NCBI GenBank assembly: GCA_015711795.1
Contig: JACVJC010000011.1
Coordinates: 1,019-65,018 of the forward strand
Length of the DNA stretch: 64,000 bases
Source of the DNA: Candidatus Geothermocultor quzhuomuensis
GTDB lineage: Bacteria; Actinomycetota; Aquicultoria; Geothermocultorales; Geothermocultoraceae
Reading direction: 5' to 3'
The notes beneath the pieces are model-generated. The model was not told where the DNA came from, did no database searches, and saw only the letters and a program-made list of their open reading frames with translations. The first letter of the stretch is position 1; each line of letters begins with the position of its first letter. Shown one piece after another: positions 1 through 9,481 of this stretch. The position numbers were made by a program, and so were the translations under genes.

Positions 1-420
1 AACGTTAACTACTTGATCACTGGCTAAACTAATTAGACGCTGGCCCATAGAATCATTAACATAAAGATTGCCGCTGGAAGAAACGGAAATAGTAGTTGTT
101 GTCGAATAAATTCCAACTCTGACACTTTGAGTTTCACTAACTTTAGTTAAAGAAACAACATTATAATATTTTTTAACAATCTCTTCATAACCCTTTCCAG
201 CTAAAGCCATCCCCTTAACCCCAGCCATACACATTCCAACCCCATGGTTGTTTCCATGCCCCTTAAAAGTATAGGTTTTTGAAGGATAACTGGCTTGGGT
301 AAATGAAAAGAGAAAGTAAATAATAAAAAGTAAGGTTAAAAGATAAAGTTTGTCCTTTATCGATATGGTTTTAATAAAAAGCTGAAGCAATTGATTTCTC
401 AACTTGACTTGAGATAACAT
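1..420 (-). CDS. SpoIID/LytB-like (amidase-enhancer-like) membrane-anchored protein, 3' end truncated by window edge
   Basis: Minus-strand frame with ATG at 420 reads MLSQVKLRNQLLQLF..LLTLLFIIYFLFSF (TM/signal anchor) then KGHGNNHGVGMCMAGVKGMALAGKGYEEIVKKYYNVVSL. This matches the C-terminal SpoIID/LytB signature GHGxGMSQxGA...Y.eIL.hYY. The frame stays open to position 1. The ORF track omits it because it has no stop inside the window. It overlaps the 3' end of the amidase gene by about 50 nt. Confidence 0.5.
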   Translation of the reverse strand, partial: MLSQVKLRNQLLQLFIKTISIKDKLYLLTLLFIIYFLFSFTQASYPSKTYTFKGHGNNHGVGMCMAGVKGMALAGKGYEEIVKKYYNVVSLTKVSETQSVRVGIYSTTTTISVSSSGNLYVNDSMGQRLISLASDQVVNV

Positions 421-1936
421 CAACACCCCCTAAAAGGGATAACTTTTCAATAGTTCCTTTATTGTTTAAAAGATAACTTAATAAACCATCGTAAACATTC
501 TTAGTAGAAACTAAAAGTATCGGAGAACTATTATATTTTGCCGCTAAAGAACTGGCACAAAGAGCATCAGGAAAGTTTTCTCCAGTAGCAATAAAAACAT
601 ATGAGGGAAAAGTGTAATAAGAGAGAGCAATACGATAAGAAGTTTCATACCGGTCTTTACCGCTAATTCGGACTGGATTATAATTTTTTTGTCTTAACCA
701 ATCTTCAATTCCTTTAGAAATAACCCCTTCCCCCCCCACAATAATTGTTTTTTTAATACCAAGGAAAGCCAATGTTTCCATTGTTTTATAAGGAATATTA
801 TCTCTTTGAACAAGAAAGAGAGGGTATCGATTTGCCGAAGCATAACTAGAGATAGATAAAGCATCAGGGTAATTTTCTCCACTGACAATAATTCCAGTCC
901 CATCAGACGAACCAACCCTTTTTGCAATTAAAGAAGCGGTTTCATATCGGTCTTTTCCTCCAATACGCTCAGTTAATAATCCATTAACCTCAAGTTGAAC
1001 TTTAATGTTGTTTGAGACTGCTTGTTCTCCCCCAACAATAATTACTTCTTTTGCAGAAAGCCTTTTAATTTCAGCTAAAACGACAGGTAAAAGAGTAGCC
1101 GATTGGGTCAGTAAAATAGGCATATTTTGACTGAAAGCTAAAGGAGCTGCTCCTAAAGCATCGGGGAAGTTTTCTCCCGTTGTCAAAATAACTTTATCTG
1201 AACTTACCCACCCCTCTTGAGAAATCTTAACTGCTGTTTCATATCGATTAAGCCCATACAGTCGTGGAAGACTGAGAGAAAAATATCGCTCAATTCCTTG
1301 AAAAATTCCTTGAGCAATTTTTTGCTTAAAATGAGCGTCTCGGAGAAGAGCCTCCTCCTCAGGATTGGAAATGAAAGCTGATTCAACCAAAACTGAAGGC
1401 ATATTAGTATAGGTTAAAACATAAAAATTAGCTGCTTTGATTCCCCTATTTAATCGATTTATTTGTTTAGTAAGTTCTTCCTGAATACAAAAGGCTAAAA
1501 GTTTGCCTTGATAACTTTGAGAAAAATAATAGGTTTCGGTGCCACTTTGAGTAGTATCCCGATTTGCATTGTTATGAAGTGAAACATAAATGTCTGCTTG
1601 AGCTTGATTAGCTATATCGCAGCGAGCTTGAAGTTCATCACCTTGAGTAATCTTGCCATCTCCATTTCGATCAACTGGCGGGAGATTAACATTGGTATCA
1701 GTTTCTCGGGTCATTAAAACATTATATCCCCCAGTAATTAACAAATCTCGTAGCTTAAGTCCGATTTCTAAGTTTGCTTCCTTTTCAAAATAGCCAGTTG
1801 GACCTATTGCTCCTTTGTCATTACCCCCATGCCCTGGATCTAAACAAACCAAATAGGCTGCCCAAACATTTTGAATAGCTATGAGAATAAAAATTGCTGT
1901 GATGAGAAGTACTTTTTTAAATTTTAACCAAAGCAA
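371..1936 (-). CDS. N-acetylmuramoyl-L-alanine amidase (Amidase_3) with signal peptide and three C-terminal CWB2-type cell-wall-binding repeats
   Basis: N-terminal signal peptide, then LVCLDPGHGGNDKGAIGP...NLEIGLKLRDLL...DIYVSLHNNA (Amidase_3 zinc-amidase motifs). Three ~100-aa repeats with GENFPDALGAAPLA / GENYPDALSISSYA / GENFPDALCASSLA resemble the CWB2 repeats of B. subtilis LytC/LytB. Domain order is inverted relative to LytC. Confidence 0.8.
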   Translation of the reverse strand: MLWLKFKKVLLITAIFILIAIQNVWAAYLVCLDPGHGGNDKGAIGPTGYFEKEANLEIGLKLRDLLITGGYNVLMTRETDTNVNLPPVDRNGDGKITQGDELQARCDIANQAQADIYVSLHNNANRDTTQSGTETYYFSQSYQGKLLAFCIQEELTKQINRLNRGIKAANFYVLTYTNMPSVLVESAFISNPEEEALLRDAHFKQKIAQGIFQGIERYFSLSLPRLYGLNRYETAVKISQEGWVSSDKVILTTGENFPDALGAAPLAFSQNMPILLTQSATLLPVVLAEIKRLSAKEVIIVGGEQAVSNNIKVQLEVNGLLTERIGGKDRYETASLIAKRVGSSDGTGIIVSGENYPDALSISSYASANRYPLFLVQRDNIPYKTMETLAFLGIKKTIIVGGEGVISKGIEDWLRQKNYNPVRISGKDRYETSYRIALSYYTFPSYVFIATGENFPDALCASSLAAKYNSSPILLVSTKNVYDGLLSYLLNNKGTIEKLSLLGGVDVISSQVEKSIASAFY

Positions 1937-1983
1937 CTAAAAACTCCTTGATGCAATTATTTAAACATTATTTTCTTTAAGTT

Positions 1984-2595
1984 TTATTTACCCCCTGAAG
2001 AATTTAACTTTTTGATTATATCTTCATTTCTTAAAAAAAACTGATTGACTAAGTCGTAATTGCTACCAGAAACTTCTAAAGGTTTTCCTTCAACTAAAAA
2101 CCTTACTTTATTTATTGATGTAAACTCAGTTAAAGTATTGACGATTGAAAAAATTGTTATATTTTCTCCAGCACTTCCCAGAGGATAATTATCTTTGAAA
2201 TCTTGACTTAAATTCACTTTGGCTAAGCCGTCTTTTACTTCGATACCTAAAAGTTTAGTGCCTTCTGGAATAGTTGGAAAAAGTTTTGGGTCTTTTGGAC
2301 CTTTAATTAACTCCTCAAGGGCTATTTTGGCGACATCTTCAGTTTTTTTAATTTCTCTTTCTTCAGGAATTAAGTACATTGCTTGTTTATCTGAAAAATA
2401 AAGGGTGATTTTAATCCGTTCTTTTTCAGTGCCTTTTTCGACCAGGTGAGTCTCTTTTTTTGCTTCAGTTAATATTTTTTTTCTTTCTTTTTCAACTTGC
2501 TTTGATTTAAGACATCCGTTTAACAACAAACTTAACAAAGCCAATATTAAAAAAAGGAATAATATATTAATCTTTAAAATCAATTTCCTTGCCAT
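1984..2595 (-). CDS. Lipoprotein with GerMN (germane) domain
   Basis: Signal peptide with lipobox LLNGC. ITLYFSD...YLIPEER...ALEELIKGP...LAKVNLSQDF...GENITIFSIVNTLTEF...VRFLVEG matches GerM-N domain architecture. Confidence 0.6.
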   Translation of the reverse strand: MARKLILKINILFLFLILALLSLLLNGCLKSKQVEKERKKILTEAKKETHLVEKGTEKERIKITLYFSDKQAMYLIPEEREIKKTEDVAKIALEELIKGPKDPKLFPTIPEGTKLLGIEVKDGLAKVNLSQDFKDNYPLGSAGENITIFSIVNTLTEFTSINKVRFLVEGKPLEVSGSNYDLVNQFFLRNEDIIKKLNSSGGK

Positions 2596-2663
2596 TTTCT
2601 GCTCTTAAAGTTAACACTCCCCAAAAGGACTGTCAAACTTAAAAGTAGAAATAAGTGAAAATG

Positions 2664-4211
2664 CTATTGAGGAATCTCGTTAATCGGAGTAACTATAAAT
2701 GAGCGAGAAGGTGAAAAAGAGCTTGGATTTCCAACATGATCAAGTCCTCTAACTCGCCAATACCAATTGCCTTCAGGTAATTCAACTGGTAAGGTAAACA
2801 TAGCAACTGGCAAATCGGGAACGACGAATGTCTTTCCACTACTAAAATCAGCACTAGTCGAGTATTCTAGAACATATGAATCTGCATCAACAACTTCCTC
2901 CCAAATGAAGGTAATAAACCCCTGGGAAACTTTTTCACCAGATAACGGAGCCAATAAGCTAGGTGCTTCTGGTGGTGTCGTGTCGACAATAACGGAAACA
3001 GACTTAGGAGAGTAGTTGTTCCATTCATCCTTTACTTTTAGGAAATATGTTCCATCTTTCACAATCTCATTTTTGTTGCTTTCTCCTCCCCAGGTTGTTT
3101 GATACTTACCAGTTTGAGATGCCTTTTCTTTTAAAAGCAAATTGGAAGTAACCCTTTTATTTGAGGTATCATATATATCTACCTTGAAAACTAGATTGCT
3201 AGCTTTTACCTCAACTGAGATAACAATATAATCTTTTACCTTATCACCATTGGGGCTAAAAGCAGAAGGAAATACCTCAAACTTGTCAATTTCTAGAGGA
3301 GCTGGTGCAATGGTTGAAGTTTCAGGAGTAGGCAAAGTAACTGATGGTTGAAAAGTCATGGAGTTTGAGCTTGTAGCAGATATAGTTGTTTCAGGCAATG
3401 TTTCCTTTGCCTTTGGCTCAAGAGTAACTCGAATCTGACCATAGTTTTTCTTGCTCTCTTTTATAGAAAGGTAAATTTTTCCTTTCATTTCTTCAGGCAC
3501 TTGCGAAAGCATTCGATTTAAAATTCTTTGTTGATAAAGGGTGAAGCTTAAAATTCTTTTTAAGGCTTCTTTCTTCTTTCCCTCAGGAAGCTCTTTGATA
3601 ATCATTTGAGCTTTCTTTAAATTTTCTTCCACTCCTTGAAGAGTAGTTTCCATTGCTTTTAAGTTCTTAGCTTTTAACATTAAATGAGCTTCCTTTAACC
3701 GCCTTTTAGCTAACAAAAGATGTTCTTGAACTTTATCAAAATCGTCTAGAGTTAAAATTATTTTTACCCTTTCTACACCCAACTTCATGGGATAAAGGGG
3801 ACTATTAGGTAAACTATTAGCTGAAGCTACTACCGCTCCTAGAGTAAGCAAAGTTAAAATAACAAGGATAAGACTTGCTTTTTTGTAAAGAGGTATCCTT
3901 ATTACTCCAGTAAAACGAGTTCTAATTCTCTGAGGCCAGGTTAAGTTAACTTCCTTCCTCTCAGCTTCTTTTAAAGCCACTGCCCTTAAAATTTTTTCCT
4001 TAATTTTTTCTTCAGCAGCTTTGCTTGGCTTAGCTGTAGCGATTTTTTTAGAAAGGGTTAAAGATATCCTTAAAAGAGGCTCTAATTCATCTTTCTCTTG
4101 AGGATAATTAGCTAAGCAATCCTCAAGAGTGCTTTCCCCTCGAATAATTTGGTCAATACATCTTTCCAAAATCTTCTCTAATTTAGTCTTCACTTCTTTC
4201 ATCCTTTTCAA
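2664..4211 (-). CDS. Membrane anti-sigma factor with extracytoplasmic Ig-like (FlgD-Ig-type) and fibronectin-III-like domains
   Basis: Start overlaps the stop of the upstream ECF sigma gene (4183-4211), suggesting translational coupling. Short cytoplasmic N-terminal segment (ERCIDQIIRGESTLEDCLANYPQ) and a single TM (ASLILVILTLLTLGAVVASA). Coiled-coil and Ser/Thr/Pro linker follow. C-terminal FEVFPSAFSPNGDKVKDY...GTYFLKV (FlgD Ig-like) and TPPEAP...WYWRVRGLDHVGNPS (Fn3-like). Confidence 0.55.
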   Translation of the reverse strand: MKRMKEVKTKLEKILERCIDQIIRGESTLEDCLANYPQEKDELEPLLRISLTLSKKIATAKPSKAAEEKIKEKILRAVALKEAERKEVNLTWPQRIRTRFTGVIRIPLYKKASLILVILTLLTLGAVVASANSLPNSPLYPMKLGVERVKIILTLDDFDKVQEHLLLAKRRLKEAHLMLKAKNLKAMETTLQGVEENLKKAQMIIKELPEGKKKEALKRILSFTLYQQRILNRMLSQVPEEMKGKIYLSIKESKKNYGQIRVTLEPKAKETLPETTISATSSNSMTFQPSVTLPTPETSTIAPAPLEIDKFEVFPSAFSPNGDKVKDYIVISVEVKASNLVFKVDIYDTSNKRVTSNLLLKEKASQTGKYQTTWGGESNKNEIVKDGTYFLKVKDEWNNYSPKSVSVIVDTTPPEAPSLLAPLSGEKVSQGFITFIWEEVVDADSYVLEYSTSADFSSGKTFVVPDLPVAMFTLPVELPEGNWYWRVRGLDHVGNPSSFSPSRSFIVTPINEIPQ

Positions 4212-4773
4212 CTTTCTTCTTAAGCATTCTAAGCGCTCGGAATAAAAGAGCTTTTATTGAGCCCTCTGTTTTGCTTAAGGCTCGTGCTATTTCTTTATTT
4301 GAAAAATTAAGACCGAACTTTAAAAAAATAACTTGTTGCTGTTCTTCAGTTAATTCTCCCACTTTTTTCCAAATTAAATCTTGATAATGATTGTTAATTA
4401 ATGCTTCTTCTGGATCACCTCTTCCCTCTTCAACTAATCCAACTTCCTCTAAAAAAACTTGAGGTTTTCTCTTTTTCTCCCGATAATAATCAATTGTTAA
4501 GTTATGAGCGATAGATAAAAGCCAAGATATAAATGATGCCTTTTTTTCGTTATATGTTTCAATTGCCTCTAACGCCCTTAGAAATGTTTGCGCTGTTAAA
4601 TCCTCCGCGTCAGGAACTACGCCAACTCTAAAATAAACATAACTATAAACTTGGCGAAAATATCGAGTATAAAGTTTTTCAAACGCTTCTACCTGATACT
4701 TCTTTGCCTTATTTACCAGACCTCTTATTTCCTTATTTTCTGACATTAGCTCTCCTGGTCTGGTAGAGTTCAA
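4183..4773 (-). CDS. ECF-family RNA polymerase sigma factor (sigma-70 regions 2 and 4)
   Basis: FEKLYTRYFRQVYSYVYFRV..DAEDLTAQTFLRALEAIETY (region 2). LTEEQQQVIFLKFGLNFSNKEIARALSKTEGSIKALLFRALRMLKK (region 4 HTH). 196 aa. Confidence 0.8.
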   Translation of the reverse strand: MNSTRPGELMSENKEIRGLVNKAKKYQVEAFEKLYTRYFRQVYSYVYFRVGVVPDAEDLTAQTFLRALEAIETYNEKKASFISWLLSIAHNLTIDYYREKKRKPQVFLEEVGLVEEGRGDPEEALINNHYQDLIWKKVGELTEEQQQVIFLKFGLNFSNKEIARALSKTEGSIKALLFRALRMLKKKVEKDERSED

Positions 4774-4846
4774 AAGAACTCTACCTTAATATACGAAATA
4801 ATCAGGATAAAGATACTACTTCAAATGCTTAAAGGCAATAAAAAGA

Positions 4847-6325
4847 CTAAGACTTGAGAGAAACTTCTCTAAGCCCGGCGAGCATCCCTAAAATTAACCA
4901 AAAATCAGGGGCGCCAAAGAAAACATCATAAAAGATAGAATGAAGAAAAATCCCAATTAAAGAAGCAAATAAGCCAGCTTGAAAAAGCTTAGTTTTTTCC
5001 TCTCTCAATTCAGAAAAAGAGTTTAAACCCATTAAAAAAGCTCGATAAAGAAAAAAGGCAAAAAACCCTATGCCAATTAGGCCAAACTCAAGAAAAATAT
5101 CTAAGCCACTCGTTGGACAAGGCTTTAAGGTAAAATAACTACCAAGCCCTCGACCAAGCAAAAAGTGCTTTTCCAACTCACTAAGATTTGATTTAATTAA
5201 AAAATATTTACCCCCTGTTAATAGTAAAAGCCATTTTGAGCCAAAAGTCTTTAAAAGCCAATTGCTATGCAAGTCTATAAAAAAGAGAGCTAAAATGAAA
5301 AGAAGAAAAAAGGTTAAGAAGAAAATTATTTTTTTCCGCCAAGGAAAAATTTTTTCCGAGTAAATTAAGAAAAAAAAGATTAAACTAAAACTAAGACTTA
5401 TCAAGGTTACCCAAGAAGAAATAAAGAAAATAACGAGCAAAGGCAGCAAAGCAATTCCCCCAAAAGCTATTTTTTTAAGAACCTCTTTTTCTTTCCAAGA
5501 GATTGCAAGGGCTAAAGTAATAAGAGGAATTAAAAAACGTCCAAAAAGATGGGGTTCCCAAAAGGAAGATTCAAACCAAAGAGGAAAAAATTGAGCTAAC
5601 TTCTTGAAACTATTGGAAATTATTTGATTGGGATTAAAAAAGAAAAATCCAATTAAGGAAAAGAAAAAACTAGAAGTTAATAAAGCATTAATAGAAAGAT
5701 TAATCACTTTTTGGTCAAAAAAGAGATTAGCAATTAAAAGATAAAGAAAGGAAAAAGCAAGAAAAAAAAGGTAATACAGGATAACTCCTCTCAAGTAATG
5801 AGGAGAATAAAAAAGAGAAAAACCAACATAAACTAATAAGAGAAGAAGTGAAAATTTAATCTCCATCCCAATGAAAACTCCGGTTCGTTTCCACCAAAAA
5901 AAGGAGGCCCAAACTGAAAGAAAGATCAATAAAAATAAGATGACTGGTAAACTTAGTTCAAGGTGATTGATTTTTATATAAAAGGGAAAGGCAGCACTTA
6001 AAATTAAAAAAACAGCAGCCAAGTTAGGTTTTTTAATTAATAAAAGAAGAATGTTAATTGTGAGTAAGAGAGTGAAACTTATAACAATAAGCTTGGTCTC
6101 AAAAGGAAAAGTAAATTTTTGATTTATAAAGTTCAAAAGAGGCTGAGAAGTTTTAGCTAAGGAAAAAAGACGCCAAAAAAAAACAAGACTTGCTAAAAGA
6201 AAGAAAAACCAAGTAGCTACTTTTTCCCTCTGAGTATTAGAGAGAAAAAATAATGCCCAAAAAATAATGATTAAAACTAAAGTTATCTTAGTTTGAATAA
6301 GAGGATTTTCCAACCAGATGGTCAA
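4847..6325 (-). CDS. Polytopic membrane protein (>=10 TM, Phe/Leu-rich); possible Wzy-type glycan polymerase/O-antigen-ligase-like or GT-C glycosyltransferase
   Basis: Hydrophobicity pattern only. It lies directly downstream of the nucleotide-sugar cluster, and no specific motif was recognised. Confidence 0.35.
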   Translation of the reverse strand: MTIWLENPLIQTKITLVLIIIFWALFFLSNTQREKVATWFFFLLASLVFFWRLFSLAKTSQPLLNFINQKFTFPFETKLIVISFTLLLTINILLLLIKKPNLAAVFLILSAAFPFYIKINHLELSLPVILFLLIFLSVWASFFWWKRTGVFIGMEIKFSLLLLLVYVGFSLFYSPHYLRGVILYYLFFLAFSFLYLLIANLFFDQKVINLSINALLTSSFFFSLIGFFFFNPNQIISNSFKKLAQFFPLWFESSFWEPHLFGRFLIPLITLALAISWKEKEVLKKIAFGGIALLPLLVIFFISSWVTLISLSFSLIFFFLIYSEKIFPWRKKIIFFLTFFLLFILALFFIDLHSNWLLKTFGSKWLLLLTGGKYFLIKSNLSELEKHFLLGRGLGSYFTLKPCPTSGLDIFLEFGLIGIGFFAFFLYRAFLMGLNSFSELREEKTKLFQAGLFASLIGIFLHSIFYDVFFGAPDFWLILGMLAGLREVSLKS

Positions 6326-6334
6326 CTTTACCCC

Positions 6335-7441
6335 TTAACTCAATTTTTTCATAAGAATCTCTTTTATCTTCTCGGAACTCTTGCCATCACCGTAGAGATT
6401 TTTTTGTCTTTTTGGAGGAAAGAATTCTTTAATTGCTTGAATTATGGTTTCTGGTTTTGTCCCAACCAGTTTATTCCAGCCAGCCTCGACCGTTTCAATC
6501 CATTCAGTTGTTTCACGTAAAGTAAGACAAGGAACTTTAAAGAAATAGGCTTCCTTTTGAACTCCACCGGAATCAGTCAAGATTTTTCTGGCATTTTTTT
6601 CTAACTGCAAAAAATCTAAGTAACCAAGGGGTTTTATTATTCTAACTTTTGGAGCTTTTTTTAATAATTGATCCAACCCCCACTCGCTCAAATATTTTCT
6701 CGTCCGGGGATGAACAGGGAAAACTGTTTTTTCACCTGATTCAATTAATGCCTTGATAATTGAACTTAGATTTTCCTTAATATCAGTATTTGAAGCACGG
6801 TGGATGGTGCAAAGTAAATACTCTTTGGGTTCTAGTTTAAGTTTTTTAAGAATTTTTGAGCTCGATTCAGCCTTCTTTTGAAAGAGTAAAACTGAATCAT
6901 ACATAACATCACCAACTTGAAAAACATTCTCTTTTATCCCTTCCTTTAATAAATTGTTAACAGAAGCTTGAGTAGGGCAAAAAAGGAAATCAGCCATGTG
7001 GTCTACCAAAACTCGATTTACTTCCTCTGGCATTTTCTTATCAAAAGAACGAAGTCCTGCCTCAACATGGCCAATTAAAAGATGTAATTTGACAGCCGCT
7101 AAGGCACCAGCTAAGGTAGAATTAGTATCTCCATAAACGAGAACTAAATCAGGTTTTTCTTTTAAAAGAACTCCTTCTAAGCGAATTAACATCTGCCCAG
7201 TTTGGCACCCATGCGAAGCAGAACCAACCCCAAGATTATAATGAGATGAGAGAGGCTTTAATTCATCAAAGAAAACTTGAGACATATCTTTATCGTAATG
7301 TTGACCAGTGTGAATAAGAACTTCTTTAAAGGAATCTTTTAAAGCAAGAGAAACGGGAAGAGCTTTGATAAATTGTGGTCTTGCTCCAACAACACTTACA
7401 ATCTTTTTCACTTTATTCACCATAGCTAAGACTGAAGTCAA
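6335..7441 (-). CDS. UDP-N-acetylglucosamine 2-epimerase, non-hydrolysing (WecB/WbpI-like)
   Basis: KKIVSVVGARPQFIKALPV...IHTGQHYDKDMS...VLVYGDTNSTLAGALAAVKLHLLIGHVEAGLRSFD...MPEEVNRVLVDH. These are classic Epimerase_2 motifs. Confidence 0.85.
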   Translation of the reverse strand: MTSVLAMVNKVKKIVSVVGARPQFIKALPVSLALKDSFKEVLIHTGQHYDKDMSQVFFDELKPLSSHYNLGVGSASHGCQTGQMLIRLEGVLLKEKPDLVLVYGDTNSTLAGALAAVKLHLLIGHVEAGLRSFDKKMPEEVNRVLVDHMADFLFCPTQASVNNLLKEGIKENVFQVGDVMYDSVLLFQKKAESSSKILKKLKLEPKEYLLCTIHRASNTDIKENLSSIIKALIESGEKTVFPVHPRTRKYLSEWGLDQLLKKAPKVRIIKPLGYLDFLQLEKNARKILTDSGGVQKEAYFFKVPCLTLRETTEWIETVEAGWNKLVGTKPETIIQAIKEFFPPKRQKNLYGDGKSSEKIKEILMKKLS

Positions 7442-7631
7442 AATTTAAAATGAAGTCTTAAGTTTCTAGAAAGAATAAAATCTCTAAGCTGTTTTCTCCA
7501 GCCATCTGTCTTTAGTCTGCTCATTTCCCCATCTACTACCGACTGCTCCTCAGCCTTTCAGAAAACCAGTTAACAAGCTGTTTTAGTAACCCTTCTCCCT
7601 GTTTACTGCTTCTTGTCTACTACCAACTTTT

Positions 7632-8732
7632 TTACTGGAGTGCTTCCCCAACTACTTTTACAACTTGGTTGATTTGTTCATCAGTAATTTCAGGAAAAAG
7701 TGGGAGAGCACAAGTTTCCCTCGAAGCTCTTTCGCTTTCTGGTAAATCACCTTCAGAATAAGAAAGGTGCGAATAAACTTGTTGTAAGTGTAGGGGTAAG
7801 GGATAATAAATTCCTGTTCCAATTGAATTCCTTTTTAAAGCTTCGACAAGTAAATCTCTTTTTCTCGTTCGGACAATGTATAAATGATAAACATGCTTGG
7901 CATAAGCTGATTCAAATGGTAACTCCAAAGGAAGTGTATGAAGAAGTTCGTGATAAATCTGAGCTTTTCTCCTTCTCTTCTCCGTCCACTCCTTTAAATA
8001 CTTGAATTTAACTAATAAAATTGCTGCTTGAATCTCATCAAGTCGGCTGTTAAAGCCTAGTATTTTGTGATAATACTTTTTCTCGCTTCCATGATGCCTG
8101 AGCATTCTTAATTTCTGAGCTAATTCCGCATCGTTAGTCAAAATCATACCTCCATCCCCAGCGCCACCTAGATTTTTACTGGGAAAGAAGCTAAAACAAC
8201 TTGCATCGCCAAAACTCCCAATTGGTTTTCCTTTATACTCAGCTCCAATTGCTTGACAGGCATCTTCAATTACTTTCAAACGATATTTCTTAGAAATTTC
8301 CAAAATTTTATCCATTTCAGCTGGATAACCAAAGATATGAACTGGAATAATTGCTTTTGTCCTTTCTGTTATTCTTTCCTTAATTAACTGGGGATCAAGA
8401 TTATAAGTTTTTGGGTCAATGTCAACAAAGACAGGGGTTGCTCCTACCCTTGAGATAGCTTCAGCTGTTGCAATAAAAGTGTAAGGAGTAGTTATCACTT
8501 CGTCTCCTTGCTTAATTCCTAAAGCTTCAAGAGAAAGAATCAAGGCATCAGTGCCAGAAGCAACACCAACCCCGTATCTCCGACCGCAAAAAGAAGCAAT
8601 TTTTTCCTCCAATTCTTTTACTTTACTTCCCAAGATGAACTGCCCCGATTTAAATACCTCATTGAGCTCTTTTTCAACTTCACCTTTAATTAAGTTAAAT
8701 TGAACTTCTAAATTCATCAAAGGAATGCTCAT
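7632..8732 (-). CDS. DegT/DnrJ/EryC1/StrS-family PLP-dependent sugar aminotransferase (WbpE/WlbC-like)
   Basis: ASGTDALILSLEALGIKQGDEVITTPYTFIATAEAI...VFVDID, and a C-terminal AlaT-like fold. It sits in the WbpA/B/D/I gene context. Confidence 0.85.
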   Translation of the reverse strand: MSIPLMNLEVQFNLIKGEVEKELNEVFKSGQFILGSKVKELEEKIASFCGRRYGVGVASGTDALILSLEALGIKQGDEVITTPYTFIATAEAISRVGATPVFVDIDPKTYNLDPQLIKERITERTKAIIPVHIFGYPAEMDKILEISKKYRLKVIEDACQAIGAEYKGKPIGSFGDASCFSFFPSKNLGGAGDGGMILTNDAELAQKLRMLRHHGSEKKYYHKILGFNSRLDEIQAAILLVKFKYLKEWTEKRRRKAQIYHELLHTLPLELPFESAYAKHVYHLYIVRTRKRDLLVEALKRNSIGTGIYYPLPLHLQQVYSHLSYSEGDLPESERASRETCALPLFPEITDEQINQVVKVVGEALQ

Positions 8733-9481
8733 TCTTCCTCCTCAATTTTTAAAAGCTCATCATCTGGAACATCTCTAACAACCTTAGCTGGTATTCCCAT
8801 TACTAACTTTCGAGCTGGAACATCTCGAGTAACAATTGAACCAGCGGCAACAAAAGCATCTTCCCCAATCGTTACACCTGGAAGTAAAATTGAATTCCCA
8901 CCAACCCTAGCTCCTCTTTTAATATGAGGTCCTTTCTTTAGCTCAAATCTCCTTTCGGTTCTTCCCATAAAATTGTCATTGGTCGTTGTCACCATAGGAG
9001 CAATAAAAACATAATCTTCTATAATAGTTAAAGCGGTGATGTAAGCATTGGTTTGAATTTTTGAATACTTGCCGATGGAAACATTGTTTTCAATAGCTAC
9101 TCCCCTTCCAATAAGAGAAAACTCCCCGATCTGACAATTTTCTCTAATCGTTACCAGGTCTCCAATCGTAACATGATGGCTAATTTCAGTTCCTCGATAA
9201 ATTATCGAACCGGTTCCAATTGATGAGTTCGCTCCAACTTTTAAAGGGTTTAATGAACTTTTTAACTTAACTGTACTGGTTATAGCCAACTTTGGCAGCT
9301 TTCCCAAAATAACATTATCAGCTAAAAAGACTTCGTTGCCAATTTCTGTCCCTGAATAAATGACCACATTGTTGCCTAATGTCACATTGTTTCCAACTTT
9401 AACATCTTGATAAATGAGGATATTTTCGCCAGCTTTAAAATTATTACCAATTTGAGCGGTGGTGTGAATAAAACTGCTCAA
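8729..9481 (-). CDS. Hexapeptide-repeat (left-handed beta-helix) N-acetyltransferase (WbpD/WlbB/PglD-like)
   Basis: Repeated [LIV]GxxxxIxxxxxIG hexapeptide units throughout (VKVGNNVTLGNNVVIYSGTEIGNEVFLADNVILG...). A 4-nt overlap with both neighbours suggests coupled translation. Confidence 0.75.
   Translation of the reverse strand: MSSFIHTTAQIGNNFKAGENILIYQDVKVGNNVTLGNNVVIYSGTEIGNEVFLADNVILGKLPKLAITSTVKLKSSLNPLKVGANSSIGTGSIIYRGTEISHHVTIGDLVTIRENCQIGEFSLIGRGVAIENNVSIGKYSKIQTNAYITALTIIEDYVFIAPMVTTTNDNFMGRTERRFELKKGPHIKRGARVGGNSILLPGVTIGEDAFVAAGSIVTRDVPARKLVMGIPAKVVRDVPDDELLKIEEEE

Noticed and set aside
694-3015. Short ORFs (694-927, 1204-1386, 2219-2401, 2767-3015) antisense to the amidase, lipoprotein and anti-sigma genes
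   Set aside because: They lie entirely inside longer, motif-supported genes on the opposite strand. They have low-complexity translations, no RBS, and are typical AT-rich shadow ORFs.
7442-7631. Possible SRP RNA, 6S RNA or tRNA in the GC-elevated spacer
   Set aside because: No match to the conserved SRP helix-8 GGAA/AGCAG motifs, no tRNA cloverleaf or T-loop GTTCGA, and it is too short for 6S. It is left as an unexplained regulatory or sRNA candidate.
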